Source of the DNA: Dimorphilus gyrociliatus | Taxonomy: Eukaryota > Animalia > Annelida | Assembly (NCBI GenBank): GCA_904063045.1 | Contig: CAJFCJ010000001.1 | Span: 1,364,001-1,428,000, forward strand | Reading direction: 5' to 3' | DNA length: 64,000 nt | In this document: positions 1 through 14,697 of the stretch, one piece after another | Numbering within the stretch: position 1 is the stretch's first letter | Layout: each line of letters starts with the position of its first letter | Notes under the pieces: model-generated | What the model saw: the letters and a program-made list of their open reading frames with translations, nothing else | Databases searched by the model: none | Told to the model about the DNA's origin: nothing | Translations under genes and position numbers: made by a program

Positions 1-12
1 TGCCGCCATCTT
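1..12 (-). other. Possible start (ATG GCG GCA) of a gene running off the left edge, overlapping a YY1-type motif
   Basis: Minus strand reads AAAAAG-ATG-GCG-GCA with ATG at 9-7. Plus strand GCCGCCATCTT matches the YY1 consensus CCGCCATNTT. Only 3 codons are visible. Confidence 0.35.
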
Positions 13-317
13 TTTCGTTCTATCTAAATACCAACTGGCAAGACGTCAAGCACTCAAATTTCGTCCTTCTTTTTATAATCTCTGTTTTAATATAAAATTT
101 ACTTATAAATATATTTATTAAAACCAAGATTTAGAAATAACCATATAAATGTAAAATTTTTGATATATCGATTTTAAACATAAGTGAATGGGCTTGTTTT
201 GAGGGATATAGTTAATCCAGACTATTTATCAATCATCAAATAGGATAGTTTATTATTCAGAATTGATATCTAATGACTAGATTTCAGTATATAACATTTA
301 ATATGGTTCGAACAACG

Positions 318-2384
318 TTACAATTTTTCAAAAATTATACACCAGTTGCCCTGATCATAAAACGAGTTGAGTATTTTAGCACTGGGAAAACTTTGAACCA
401 ATTCATTTATTTCACCTTCTTTAAAGACATGATAGAATCTATTATAAACTGCTTCAGACTTCTTGCCATCTTTTCTTAGATGCCATGGAACAAATAAATC
501 TTGACTTTCAAATTTTGTCCTATTATCATGAACGGGTAGTAAATCTTTAGCTTGTTGCGTAGATTCTTTATTTTTTGCCAAATATTTTGATTTAACATTT
601 CCTCTCTCTTGCTCCAATGCCCAAACGCATATTAAGGCTTTACCTTTTTTACGAAGTATTCTTAGGATTTCTTTTATTGCTCTCTTTCGTCTTTCCTTTT
701 TAAAATAACAATAAATTGAAGGACTTTTTATAAAAAAGTTTTTTTTAATACATACTTCTGTTGCAAAATGATGAATAACAGCTATAGATATGACGGCGTC
801 AACACAATTGTCTCTTAAAGGTACATTTAGAGCATCGGCAACAAAAACTGGTATACTTTTTTCAGCGCATATACTACAAAGATTTTTACAAGTATCACAT
901 CCCATCTGGAAATGAATTAATATTATACAGTATATAGAAAAATATTAAATGATTTATAACCAACTTTGAACACATCTAGATTTTCTGATCCTAAATATTT
1001 ACCATTTCCACAGCCAATATCAGCTAAAATCGATCCTGGCTGAATTTCAGCTAAAAACTCTGTTACTTTTGGCCATTGTTTATGTCTAGTAGCGTCAAAG
1101 TGAGTTGAAATGGTCTCATAAACTTTTAGCACATGTTCTTTTTCAAATTTTTCTGCCTCTTGTGATGTATTTGGAAGGATTTTATTATTTTCTTGTTTCT
1201 TATAATCATCGCATTGATCTTTCCAATCTAAAGTTACGGAAACGATTGGTACTGGTATTTTTCCAAAAAAGAGTAAAAAACTATAATAAGAACTTACTAC
1301 AATCGCAAATTTTTTTCGGATCCAGAACTTTACGAAATGTAAAACTTATCCTCTTTCGACGGGGAACTAGAGTAATAGCATTCGATCCGTTTACTGGTAT
1401 TAAGTCAGAATGACGTGGAACAATAGCATGGGACCATAAATAACGCGACTCTTTTTGTAAAATTGTTAAGCTCCTTTGGGGTAGTAGGACAGGTAGCTTT
1501 ACTCCATCTGGATTTTTAAATTCCATAACTGTTTGCGAGCCCAAACTGATTATAATAATTCCATCCTCGAAGGCTGAATGAGTGTCGATATGTGGAGGAA
1601 TTCCCTGACCAGGCTCGTATTGATTAATTGTCAGTTGGTCGGGATAATGTATTGATGGAAATTCACTACAAATCTTATCCAGCACAGTTTTACAGTAATT
1701 GGGAATGCCTTCGGGTAACGGAGAATCCTTCTTTACATTGTTAATAGAGTACAAAAATTCGTAACCATAATGTTTAACTCTCCGGTGTTTCATCACTGCC
1801 TTAGAGTCCTCCTCCTGTTCATTTAAACTTAGCTGATTCAGCCACAATTCCTCCTCTTCTGGACTTATATAATCTTCAAATAATAATAAATCTTGCGGTT
1901 TACTGGAGGATGGTCTTTCCAAACCAGGTACTAAGCGAAAATAATTTTTATTATTTCAAAAGCGGCATAATACAAACAAACCATCTGTTATAAAGTCTGT
2001 ATAAACTATACAAGGTGAAGCAACGCATGATCTAGCTAAACTAAAACCATGAAATTCTCTTTTGGCGCGTTCTGCCTCCGAAATTTCATTAAAACTGACA
2101 AAGCAGTATGGTTTTCCAACAGGCATATTTACATCGACAGAACCGGTATAATCATTAAATAGAACTAAAATTTCCTCTCGTGTGACACTATTCGATAAAC
2201 CACCATTGAGAATGACTATATGCTAAAGAAAGTAATCAAATTATCGCTCATAAAAGTTTTTTTTAATTTTATTTCAGCTACCCTTACAAACCTGTGTTGG
2301 TTCTTCATTCACTGACAGTCCACTATGTTTAACAAATGTCTCGCGACTTCTCAGATGTTTTCTAACCAGTTTTCGATTATCCAT
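318..2384 (-). CDS. ALKBH8: tRNA wobble-uridine methyltransferase/dioxygenase (RRM + AlkB + SAM-MTase), 6 exons
   Basis: Exons joined by hand: MDNRKLVRKHL..EEPTQ|HIVILNGGLSN (RRM); RRVKHYGYEF, NQYEPGQGIPPHIDTH, WSHAIVPR, RISFTFR (AlkB HxD..H..R); ICDC|NWKDQCD Zn ligands; YETISTHFDATRHKQWP, DIGCGNGKY, SIAVIHHF, YNRFYHVF, DQGNWC (MTase). All introns GT-AG. Confidence 0.96.
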
Positions 2385-2488
2385 TGTAAAGAAATCGGCT
2401 AAAATAAAAACCTAATCAAAAAAATTTTATTTCAACAGATTATAAATAAAGATTCATACAGCGTGACTTTTTGAAAAGTATTCGCAGT

Positions 2489-3933
2489 ATGCATGCGGTG
2501 TCCGCCATGTCTGCGATACAACGTTGTTCAAAACTCTTCTCAAATAACCTTTGTCGCACCATAATAAATATAGAAATCCGCTCGAGGTGTGTATACATAA
2601 GCTGAAAAGTCTATAGCGTTTATTAATCTTTTTCAATTCTAATGTATTTTAAATGTACTTGATCCGGTCGAGCGATAAAACAGCTATTCTCCACAGCATT
2701 TCGGATTATAAGTCATTTGCCGGATCTCGCCCTAAAAAAGTAAAAAATCGATTCGATCCCCCAGAATGGTTTGTTCCGAAGAAGGCATACAATTACTTCG
2801 ACAATTTAACTCCTTCGAATAGAGACTTTTTAAAGGAAGTTGCATATGACCGTTATATAACTAATCGAGAAAGTCCTTTGGTCGATGAACCAATAAAGAG
2901 AAACACATGGAACCCTTGGTAAGTTTTTATATTCTGTGAAGGTAACTTTACCTGAGAAATTAATATCATGGATAGCACAAAGCGAACAGGAGTATTAGGA
3001 GTTAAAATAGGTGTCTTACCCCAGTGGACGAAGGATGGAACAAAATTATTCACGACTTTAGTTCAAGTAGGAAAAATAATATTTAAAAAAGTTGACTATT
3101 AATTTATTATGAATTGCTCTCAAATAGATTATTGATAATCATGTAATAAGATATGTCCCTCCTGAAGATTATAAACAATCCTCAGCTGCCACTTTGTATA
3201 TGAAAAATAGAAACTATGGCAGTGTGGTTGTTGGAGCGTTGAGTTGTTATCCCACTAGTGTAAGTAGTCGTTTTAGAAAGCGTCTTTATTCATATTTTTA
3301 CTTAAACAATTTCTCGTTCTGCAGTTTACAAAAAGTTATGTTAACCTTTTTAATGAAGCGGGAGTTCCTCCTAAACGAAAGCTAACCCGTTTCTTGGTAA
3401 CTCCTGATGCTGCAATTGAACCAGGAACTCCATTAACAGCCAAGCATTTTAATGTTGGAGATTACGTTGACGTACAAGCCAGAACTATTGGACATGGTTT
3501 TCAAGGTGTCGTTAAGAGATGGGGCTTTAAGGGAGGACCTAAAAGTCACGGAGCTACCAAATGGCATAGAAGACCCGGAACAATAGCAAGCGGGGGAAGA
3601 ACAGGCCTTATCTATAAAGGCAAAAAGATGCCTGGAAAGATGGGTAATAGATGGAGAAATCATAGAGGTTTAAAAATTTGGAGAATTAACTACAAATACA
3701 ACGTATTGTACTTGACGGGTCCGGCCACACCAGGACCGACTCATTCTTATATTCGTATATACGACACAATATTACCAAATTTGAAAAAAGAGATGACTTC
3801 GAAAGAAGTTCATCCCCCAATGCCAACCGCCTATCCAGAAGATTTTAGTGAAGGTTTACCCGAGGAAGTTTTTGACGATGAACTATTTCAATTTAATGAT
3901 CCAACGTTAATGTATAACCTAGATGAGAAATAA
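2489..3933 (+). CDS. MRPL3: Mitochondrial ribosomal protein L3 (uL3m), multi-exon
   Basis: TIGHGFQGVVKRWGFKGGPKSHGATKWHRRPG is the uL3 signature. An N-terminal extension starts at ATG 2489. Head-to-head with ALKBH8 (104 bp between start codons). Confidence 0.95.
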
Positions 3934-4073
3934 ATAAACAAATTTTCTTTACATACATATACTGTATTTTGTCAGGATTACCATAAAAAGTTTAAACCGT
4001 TTGTATCTAATAGCTAAAACAAAAACTACATAATATACCTAATCCTAAATATTTATTAATGTCTTAGTTATGT

Positions 4074-4870
4074 CTAATTAGCTTCATACTCTCCATGATT
4101 GTTAATGCATGTTTGCCACTTGATGGGAAGCATATCAATTCCTTTGGCGAAGTATTCAGGCAGTTTTGATCTAAAAAATGCTGTTACTGCTCCTTTCAAT
4201 TCATCTTCATTCTCATATGTTTTGCGCCGAAGACGGTCTTTTAATTTCCAGAAAAGATAGTAGTCTGATGGAGCAAATCTGGGCTGTAGAGTGGATGAGA
4301 CAATATTGTCCATCCAGTTGTTGCGAGATGTTGGGAAGTTTGCAGACTGGCAAGGAATCTGATATTATCATGCCATAAAATCACCCCTTTATTAGGCCTA
4401 ATTCTATTAATTTGTTGCTTTAACCTCTTTAGAATACCAATACAAAGCTCAGAATTTGTTCCGATTTGTGAATCTTGAAATTCTAGGTGAATAAACCCTT
4501 TCCTATCCAAAAAAATATGCCATCAGTCTATCTGCAGACTTACCTTCCTTAACGTTTTTTGGTGGCGATGAAGATTTTGTACGGTATTCTAAAGAAGCTC
4601 TAAGTCCTTTAATCAAATTTTCAACTGTTGTATGGCCTATTTTCAATGTTTCAGATATCTCAGCATGGCTAATTCTCTTATTATCTTTGATTAATTCCAT
4701 AGTTCTCTCCTTATTTTCATTTGTACCGACTGTTCTTGGGCGTCCTTGTTTGTCATTGTCAAGTATATTTGTTCCTCTTCCTTTAAATTCTCTAACCCAC
4801 CTCCTTACTGAACTTCATCAAGTGTTGAATCACCAAAAAGATATCTTTACTTATAAAACCCAAGGACATA
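4074..4870 (-). mobile_element. Decayed, internally deleted mariner (DD34D) transposase relic
   Basis: Fragments across frames: SVRRWVREFKG..D..GRPR and ISHAEISETLKIGHTTV (two HTH regions); LMAYFF/DRKGFIHLEF; LWHDN (2nd Asp); HPLYSPDL/APSDYYLF (3rd Asp); GIDMLPIKWQTCINNHGEY. Frameshifted, and the WVPHEL linker and first catalytic Asp region are missing. Confidence 0.9.
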
Positions 4871-5088
4871 TTTTCTATCTCATTTCCTACGAACAATATT
4901 TAGGCTGACATCTTCTATCTTAATTTACAGTATAACTTTGAAAAAAAATTGTATATTTATCAAATTATAATTTAGTCTACTGTATTCTTTTAGTTTAGGA
5001 ACTTTTGTCTTCAGTCAATTAATTGGTTTTACTTCTCCTATGTCACGTCACAGTCTATTTTGACTTGCATCAAGGTAAAGGTCGAATC

Positions 5089-8000
5089 ATGGATGATGAT
5101 GTGGAAGACAATAATATTCTCTATGATCTGACTGTACACCATGAATGGACGCAGGAAAATGAGGGAGTTGTAAGTAAAATTATAGTTGAAGAAAACTATG
5201 TTATCATAACTTCTAACTATACATAACTATCTAACACTGATAACTTTTTATGAGCGATAATAAGGTATTTTCAATTTTTTAGAATAAGCAACAGAAAGAA
5301 AAATCTTCAATTGAATGTATACAAAGAGCTGGAACGTTGAATACATTATCTAGTAAATTTTAGAATTTTAATTCAATCAATAACTAATAAAGCAATTGTA
5401 TTTGTTAGATGTTACTTGGACTGCTTTAAGAAGTGTCGGAGTAAAAACAAGGTAAAGAACAATTGATTTTAAATTTTTTTTAATAAATTTCAAACCTACA
5501 GGTTAGATAGAATTTCTCAGTTATCTGAAAAATTCGTTGATTTGATTCAATCACAAATCCCATGGAGAATCGTCACAAACAAGTAATAAGTATAATTGCT
5601 TTATTTTATCGTAAACTACAGTTGCTTTATTCCAGAGATGGAGAGCTGTTAGCTATCCTTCAAGATCAATTCATTGAAATTCGCGATAGAGAAGAAGACT
5701 ATAGTACTGTACAAATGAAATTTGATGTTGGATCTGACACAAATCCCCATTGGCGGTCGATTGCGTTTGATGATGATAATGAACTAATTGCTTACGCAGA
5801 TAGTTGTGGGAATGTTATTATATACGAGTTAAGCGGAACCGAAATATGTAAAATTCCAGGGGTAATGTTTAAAGAAAAAAAAATGTATTGAATTGTATAA
5901 AACTACATTGTTTCTTTCCTCTCTTTGATTAGTCATACTGTCCAATGGGTAATGATTATAGTAAAGCTGTATGTGCTCTAATTTTTGTGGATGCTAAGAA
6001 ATTAAAGAAAAGGAATATATTAAAACGGCTCATGGTAATCACATATCGAGGCATATTAAAATGCTATAATATTCTGTAAGGTTTCACTTATATTCTTTTA
6101 TTTACATCAAATTATTAAGAAAATATTTACTCAATCTAGAAATGATGGAACAGCTGAATTCTCTCATGAATTTAGCTTTTGTCCTTATTACCAACACGGA
6201 GTTTCAGGTGTTGTTTACGTCCCTAAATATGACTTGCTGTTAATGGGTGGGACGATCTTCGGTACGGCTCCAATTTGTCCAACTTCTACTGATATTGGCC
6301 TTTCTGCTTGGAGAATGCTATCAGATCAGCCATATTATAAACTTGTGACTAACTACGACGACGACGTAAAATCGGTTTGTTATCTTCCATATTATAATAA
6401 TGTTGTATAATAATCTTTATTAAAAATTTGTAGATGAAGCATAAAGAAGCTTGGAGAAGACTGAAATCTTATACATTTTCTTACAAGACAACTGATATTG
6501 GTATATTTAAATTTGCATTAACTGAGAATGGTCAAAAGTTAGCCGCGATTCATAATTGCGGATCAATGTCTGTTTGGGATGTACCCTCCTTAAGATTAAG
6601 AGTCTATCAACCTGAAAAGGAGCAACCGCTATTTAACCAAATGAATCAAGAGAAATCGGATAACCCAAAATTTCGTAAAACAATGAAAGAATTTCTACAA
6701 GCTTACTTTCTTAATGATATTAACTGGTGGAACGATAATTCAATTATTTTGTCAAGAGGCACTGGTAATCTTACCATTATTGATGAAAAAATTATGTCGA
6801 ATATAATGGGTGATTCTCCTCAGTGGTTTGAACCATCACCCCGATTATCTCTTGCTAAAAATGGAAGTGTTGTAATATTAGAATGTGAGAGAAAACTTCA
6901 AAAACGTCGATTAGAAGATGTAAGCGATTACGACGACTCGGACGATGAAGATTATTCTATCCTACGTAAAAGTAGTAGAATGTTGACCAAAGCACTATAT
7001 TCTCTAACGGAAAAGGAACAGTATAGATCGGCTAGAAAAAAACCAAAAATTACCGGTAAAATATATAGGTTGGTTAGTCTGTCGTCCACAACACCTGAAG
7101 AATTATATTCAAGAAAGATTGATCTCGAAGAATACGGAGAAGCTATTATCCTCGCGCAAAATTATCATTTAGATACTGATCTAGTATATCAGACACAATG
7201 GAAAAAGAGTCAGGCTAATATTCACGCCATCAAAGATTATCTAAGTAAAGTTAAGAATAGAAGTTGGGTATTGAATGAATGCATTAATAGGGTGCCAGAT
7301 GATATTGATGCTGCGAGAGAATTACTCGAATTCGGTTTAGGTGGGACTGATATTGAAACTTTGGTTAGGCTACAAGATGTCAATGACGGAAAATTTACTA
7401 CATATAATCCAGCCGATGATACTGAAAATGACGATGATAACGATGCAATTAGAGAAAGGAAGATGAATCTAGCAAAAACTATAAACTTTTCAAATATATC
7501 TGAAGACGGAAAGGAAATATGTAAAGTTAGACTATTGCTCCTTCAATATTTAGATAGATTGAAAACCTACGAAGATATTCTTGGAGGAGTGTACTTTTCT
7601 GCCGAACGATACGAAGCCGATGTGTATAAAAAGTTTCGACGTGAAAATATTGTTAAAGCTACACTAGATTTTACAAGAGCTGGAAATTGGACTGCAGTTG
7701 ATATAATGTTTAGCTATTATGGCGAACAGTTGATAGAGCATAAATTGCCGATATTAAGTAATTTTCCCGAAACCCTATCGCCATCTTCCTATAGATCTAT
7801 ATTGCCTGAATGTTCTATGGAAATTGAAGAGAACGCTGACGATCTAGATTATGAAAATAATTGGAGATTAAGCGATTGGTGCGAAGAAGATTTTTGTAAA
7901 AAATACGTTCAAGAGAATAAGGAGTGTAACTTGGACATTTTATACTTGAAAAGCGATCTAGATCGCTTTAGGGGTAATGATCTAAGTGAAGATAAAATAA

Positions 8001-11000
8001 GCGAATGGTATTTATTTAGAGCTAAACAAATTGAAAGTTTATCGAATAGAGTCGATTACGCAATTGAATTATTAATATTTGGTATGGAAAATAACGTTAA
8101 AAACCTAGACCAATTGAAAGAAAGTTTATTAACTTTGGAATTATTGGTTTACGAATGTCAAGTTGCTGATAATATGAATTTAGAAGAATTAAATAAATTA
8201 AATGAACTTGAAAAGATTAAATTAATGATGTCAACGGTAAGTAATTAAAAGAAATAATATTGTTTTTAATAAGAATAATAATTAACAGTCTCCGGAGGAA
8301 ATGTTTGCTAAAAATACATTTAGATGGCTTTTACCATTCCTCGAACGTTCTGAAAATAGCGATCATCTATTAAAAGAATATCTTATTGAATTGGCAAAGG
8401 AAAATCTAAAATTATGCTCAATTATTTTTCAACATAGTAAATATGAAATGGAGCAGAGAGTTATTACTAATGAAGAAATATTAATCGAATCGGCAGTGAA
8501 TTGTATTTATTCGTGTCAAAGGTTCATTTGTATATATGTAATATATATATATGTATAGATATATTCTAAAACGTTTCCCTTCTTTTCTATCAAACAGAAA
8601 TGATCAATTGAATGTTTGCTTTGAAATATTAGAATGTTTGTCAGAGAAGAGAGCCGGGTTGGTTTTGTTTTCTTTATTAAAATATGTTTGCAATGGATTT
8701 TTTAAATATTAAAATTTGTATTAAATTTCAAAGGTCATCGGCAATCATTAATGAACTCCATAATCGAGTTGATGAATTGGAAATTTGTTTAAGGTACGAT
8801 AAATAATAAATTAATTTTCCTTAATTCATTCATTTTATGTTTATAGTGCTGCTGAAATATTAGAGAAAATTGAATATCCCTGCATTATCTCATTCATAAG
8901 GGATACAATGAAAAATGAAGATGCATCTAAAAAATTCTTTAGAGATTTACTACATTCAATAACAAATAGGTCAGTTTATAATTTTATTTCTAAATATATC
9001 GTTTAGATTTTCTTTACCCCCTTTTTTATTTTGTTTTTATTTAGAATACCTAAATTAGAGGCTCCTCAATTGATTATCCTCTACAATCATCTAAAATCTA
9101 TACGTTCTCAAACATTCTCATTATTTAAGGAAAATGAATTAGTTGAAGTTTGTAAATTAATAATTATTGTAATTTTAAATTAATTCTATTCTTTTTTTTA
9201 AATAGTTGTTTGTCAAACAACTCTTATTGTCTAGCGATCAGAGGTATATAGATATCGCTAGTCGAATGATGGAACGCTCCTTAGTTGAATCATCAACTAG
9301 AATTCCGGATAGAGATTTCGGAAGGAAAGTCGATTATAAAACTGGAGTTGAAATAGTTGTTGAAGCTTCTAAAGAATATTTTGATGCAGCCGCCGGTATT
9401 GCAGATTCGAATATGGAACTTGCAAAGTAGTATTTAACAGCAAATAGTTTACTGTATAAATAGATATTTACTGATATTTTATGTAAATTATTTCAGGAGT
9501 TGCCTATCATTGATAAAGGATAAACCAAAAGCTGTTAGAGGAGAATGGGATTTATTAGAAGCTTATATTTTATTAGATGAATTTGGAGCTAATGTTTTAC
9601 CATTACAACGTAATTAACTTTTTATATTAGTTGATTATACTATATATATATATTTATATATGTATTAATTAACAGTTAGATTGAGCGATAGCAAGGCAGG
9701 ATTGATAAAAAAAGCTATAAAAGTCCATAAAACATCTTATAAATTTGCCGATAAAGTAATTATTACAACTATATCTTTATATTGACGTTCAATAATGTAT
9801 ATTTATATATTCATTATTTTAAAGCTTCTAAAATTAGGCCTACTCTTGAAAATTGAAGAAGGCGTTGTATTAATGGAAATTATTCAAGCTGCTATAGATA
9901 ATGATGATTCGGAAACTGCTGTTAGACAATGTTTAAACGCAATTAAAATTGATTTTCCAGGAGTTTGGCAACATTGTAAATTATTGGCTAATGATAAGAA
10001 GACAAGCTATGAAAACAGGTTTATATAATTTTAATGTATATGCTATATACTGTCTAGACTGTATATATTTAATTTACAATTAATAATTAATAATTAATCA
10101 ACAGATTATTCTTTTTAAAATATTCATCTCTCTATTGTCCGGAGAACGAATTAGATGATATTATTAAAACAAAGCTAATATTGGAGAAGGATATATTAAG
10201 TAATGAGATAAAAGAAAAAAATTTTACAGAATCTATAAAGAATTTATCGAAAGTCGATTGGAAAAATTTCCTAACCGAAAACGTTACTCAGGCGTTATTT
10301 TCCAACGAAAATTATTATAAATCTTTAAAGAATGGCGATAATAAAATGTTAGAAAAATACGGTTTACACGCATTTTTTGGAGGTAAAGCGAATAATTCGA
10401 ATTTTTTCAACGATTTCGTAAGTTTCGCTTCTTTTTTTTTATCAATTGTATTGAATTTTATTTCATATATTTTACTATTTTTCATTGATAGTCTCAAACT
10501 TGTTACGAATCTTTAAACGCAGTTGTACCAACAACATCATTTCATCGTAATTATTGCGTAATCAGATTAGCTAGTTTAGAAAAATCTTTAGAAGTAACTG
10601 AACAGCTTATTACCGAGAAAGATGTAAATGAAGGTAGACCATTTTTTTATTGAATACGAATTGACCTTGATACCTCGTTATTTTCTAAAGCTCTTATAAA
10701 CCTTGCAAGAGAAACGTTATCGAATGATTTTGCACTATCTTCACTCTTCTTGAGCAATGTTACCGATGTAAGTATAGTATTTGATCATCTAATTAATAAA
10801 TAGAACTCTATTTTTAATCCATTTGCTTTAATTTCCATATTAAAGGAATCTGCTATAGAAGAGTATCTTGAAAGTTTACCTAAGACCGAAGTGACGTTAG
10901 ATTTAAAGATATATGCGTACGCTTTAAAGTTAATTGGAACCCAGAAAGGAAAAAACACACTTGATTTCTCTTTTAAACGTGTTCATGATGTTGAAAAGTA

Positions 11001-14000
11001 TATCAATACTACAGAAAGTGAATTGGGTAAAAAGTTAGAGGCCGCTAAAGAGGCCAAAGAACAATTTGTTGAGGCAAAAAAATTACAAAATCTCGGTAAA
11101 GGAGTTGACGCTGAGAGGTTTATGAATGACGAAGAATATAAAAAAGAGACTATTTTAGGCCTTATTATGTAAGTTGATTAGAATAGCATTTGTATAAATA
11201 TTGTTTATAAATTGAAAACAATTTATTTAGGACAATTGAAGATGGCGTCTATAATTTAGCTGTACAATTGGCTAAACGATATAAAATTGATATTTGGGAC
11301 GTATATATGACGCACGTTGAATTTCTTTTCGAAGAATCAGAGTAAGGATTTCTTAATTATATTTTCTATTATATAACGTAAATTGATAAATTATTCATTT
11401 AATTCTCTAGACTAAAAACCAATGAAATAGAAGCTAGATTGGAAAATAGAGGATTATTGAGAAATCTTTTAAAGCAAGAAGAAAGATTAGCCGATCGTAT
11501 AATAAATTTTGTACTACCAATTATCGATGGAAGAGACTATGAAAGAATATTATATATATTTCATCTTTTAGAAAAGATTGATAAAGATAAGGAAATTTCA
11601 AATTTATCAATAACAGTAAGTTGTTTGTTTGTTTGTTTGTTTGTTTATACATACATTTTATATTTTCAGACACATATTAAATTATTGAAAAAGCTGAAAT
11701 CGTTATCTATCGAATTAGATTATAAAAAATTAACAAATGGAAAAGAAAATTCAATTAACGTACTTGAACCAATTTTAACAACCGATAATATAAATTCACT
11801 AGCCAAACTTGCATATAATTTAACGGATGGTGTAAGTATTTATATATTAAATCTTTAATTAATTAATTAATTAATTAATTTGAATATTATAGAAAGGAAA
11901 TTTCTTACAACCATCCGCCGTTTATCGTATATGGTGTAGTATTAAATTCTGGAAAAGTGATTGTAAGAAAGAAGTAAGTTATTCATTCATTTAATATAAA
12001 ACTCTTCTTGTTTATATATTCGTTTCGTTGTTAATTCTTTGTTTTTTTTATTGCTTTTATAGAATGAATGGTTGAAAAATTATGAAAATTGTACGAATTT
12101 TATAGCTAAATTAATTCCGGAACATTTAATTGAATTTATGGATGATGTAACATTTTCTGAGAAATCATTGAAAAATGTAAGTTAATTAGAAAATTGTACT
12201 TCTGTCTTTTATTAATAGTTTACTCGATTGTTTTCTTTAGTTAAATACTTCTATACGAATTAAATTAAATAAGAGAGCTTTAGATCTGGCTCAATCGTTA
12301 TCTAATGGGTAAGATGATTTGTTTTACAGTTTAATTGTCATTATTATATAATTTTTCTTTTATTATTTAGTGCAAATGGTAATGCGTGGAAGAATGCTGC
12401 GAAACATTTTGAAACATCTATTAATCATCTACAATCTTTAACATCGTCGAAATCATTCGAAGATCTCAGGCAAAGGGATGATATGAAAGGATATGTAGAT
12501 CTCGTTGATTTGTGTCGATCAGACAAAGATAAAGTAATACTTTATTGAGCATATACAGTATACTTGATCCTAGATATATATATATATATATATATATTAT
12601 ATTTTTTAATAGTTTAAAGAAATCTGTATAAAAGCCGCTTTAGAAGGTAAATCCGTAAAGTTTGTAGAAGAATTTATGTCTTTAAATAATCTATCGGGAT
12701 GGACTGTTAAAGTAGTTTTCTGCGAAGCGTTGAAAACTATCATTGATGAAATTCAGTTAGTTTTAACATTTCTATATTTTAATTCAATACGAAAATATTT
12801 TTGTCTATTTGCTTCTTTTATTCTTTTTCTTTTTATAGAAATGACGAATCGAAATTACGTGATTTAGAGAGAGTTGCTAAAGAAGTTCATTTATACGAAA
12901 CTGAGTGGTAAATAAGAGTTATTAAATTAAATATATTGTATATATATTGTATATATCTATATAAGTTAATTATTTATAATGAAACTCACGTATTGTAAAC
13001 ATTAATAATAATATATAATTCTTTCATCTTTTTGCAGTAGCCGATTAATACCGAGAGAAGATTTAATGGCAATACTTAAAACATTCTATTCAAATTCGAA
13101 TATTAATTATAAAATTAGGGTTGAAGTATTAAATATACTGGGAAATATATTTGATTTAAATTCGGATGATTCTACATTATTAGCATTGTATAGAACAAAA
13201 ACAATTATCTCGAAACATTGGAATATAGATTCATCTAATATAACTATCGGAAATTCTAAAGAACGTTTAGAACTTATAAAAACTCTATTAGAAATGTCGA
13301 ACAGCGCTGATGAATTTTTAGCTATAACAGATTTAACTAAATCTTGGTCTGAATTTAACGAAGGAGATCTTTGTAATGAAATTTGGTTAAGTATTTGTTT
13401 GAAATTAATTGAAACAATGGATAAAAATAGTTCCAAGTATATTACTGGTATTCTTGATGGTGTTAAAATAGGGGAAGAGGTAATATTAATATTTTAATAT
13501 CAATATACTATATATGTATAATTTTTTTTATTATTATTTATAAATAGGTTGTCAGTAAGCTATTTAGCGCATTAAAACTATTAAATCTAGATATATGCGC
13601 TATTAGAATTGTCTTAAATACCGAACACACCTCACTCTATGAAAATTCTATGACAATATTAGAAAATCATGTAGAGGTATTGAATCTCTTTTTTTTTATT
13701 AATATCTAAAATTAATTCTTTGTAACGTTCTACTTGTTTTCATAGCCTCAGCCAGAATTTCGAAATGAACTTTTAGATATTGTTCTTAAACGACATCTGG
13801 TTTCCTCAACTCTAAATACGCCTTATTACGCTGTGATCTACGATAAACTCCTCGAATCTACTAAAGATTCTCCCTACCACCTTCGGCCAGAGGTTATAGC
13901 TAATCAATTAATTCAACAAGGTTATCCAGCCATTGGAGCATCCCTCCTGCTCGCCCATAAAGGAAGCGCAACTTTGCGAACATTTTCGAACGCTCTATCG

Positions 14001-14024
14001 TTCGGTAAACGGGAAAGACCTTGA
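5089..14024 (+). CDS. NBAS: NBAS (Sec39-domain subunit of the NRZ tethering complex), many short-intron exons
   Basis: NILYDLTVHHEW start; WRSIAF and DINWWND beta-propeller motifs; TTPEELYSRKIDLEEYGEAIILAQNYHLDTDLVYQTQW; HKLPILSNFPETLSP; FMNDEEYKKETILGL; stop TGA 14022-14024. Individual 3' exon boundaries not all verified. Confidence 0.93.
11856..11880. repeat. (TTAA)n microsatellite in NBAS intron
   Basis: Tandem TTAA units read directly. Confidence 0.8.
12574..12598. repeat. (TA)n microsatellite in NBAS intron
   Basis: About 12 TA units. Confidence 0.85.
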
Positions 14025-14181
14025 ATACTTATTCGCTTGTTTATTATTTATTATTAATTCCTAATAAACGAATTATGATTCATTTTTGGAAAATATTACG
14101 TAAATATTCGTATTAATTTAATTTTGAAGAAGAGTTGTTATATATTTAGTATAATTTGAAATTGTCGTATTAAACACGATC

Positions 14182-14190
14182 GGCGCGAAA
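14182..14190 (-). promoter_or_regulatory. E2F-like site upstream of CDK11
   Basis: Minus strand TTTCGCGCC matches the E2F consensus TTTSSCGC. It lies ~80 nt upstream of a probable 5'UTR intron donor at ~14269. Confidence 0.4.
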
Positions 14191-14697
14191 ACAATTCGAT
14201 ACTCGAGTCTAGTGTCCACAACAACGCATTTCTTTCGATCTTTGAATCTAGATCTTGTACTTTTAAAGGTAGGGTATTGTCTTTTCGTGTCTTATTGACT
14301 AATACTTTGTTCAGAAGTTCGATATTTGCTTAAAATTTGATTAAAATATTTAGAACTAGGGCACTTGGCCGATTGTGAGCGATAATAGCCTTATATTATC
14401 TATATAAATCGTAATATTTGCCGCTAACGGCTGATTCCGCAATTTGTAAACAGTTTTTATTTGTCTTTGGCTTATTTTTAATTGTCATTTAATTGTCAAC
14501 TAGACTCAAGCTATATAAAATCTAAAATTATGATTCATAGTTAAATATGGAAAAAAATAGGTAATAGCAACAAAATGATCTAATTCTTTTTTTTACAGGG
14601 CTTACTCTTTGAAAATCGATATTTTTTCCACTGTAATATAATTCAATATAATTTTAGTGTTTTAATTTCAACATTGTTTTTTTTCAGGTTCTAACAA

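Noticed and set aside
4040-4905. Terminal inverted repeats for the mariner relic (CCTAAATATT near 4044 versus AATATTTAGG near 4895)
   Set aside because: Only a 10-bp AT-rich match; the flanks do not extend it to a ~28-bp TIR with a TA duplication.
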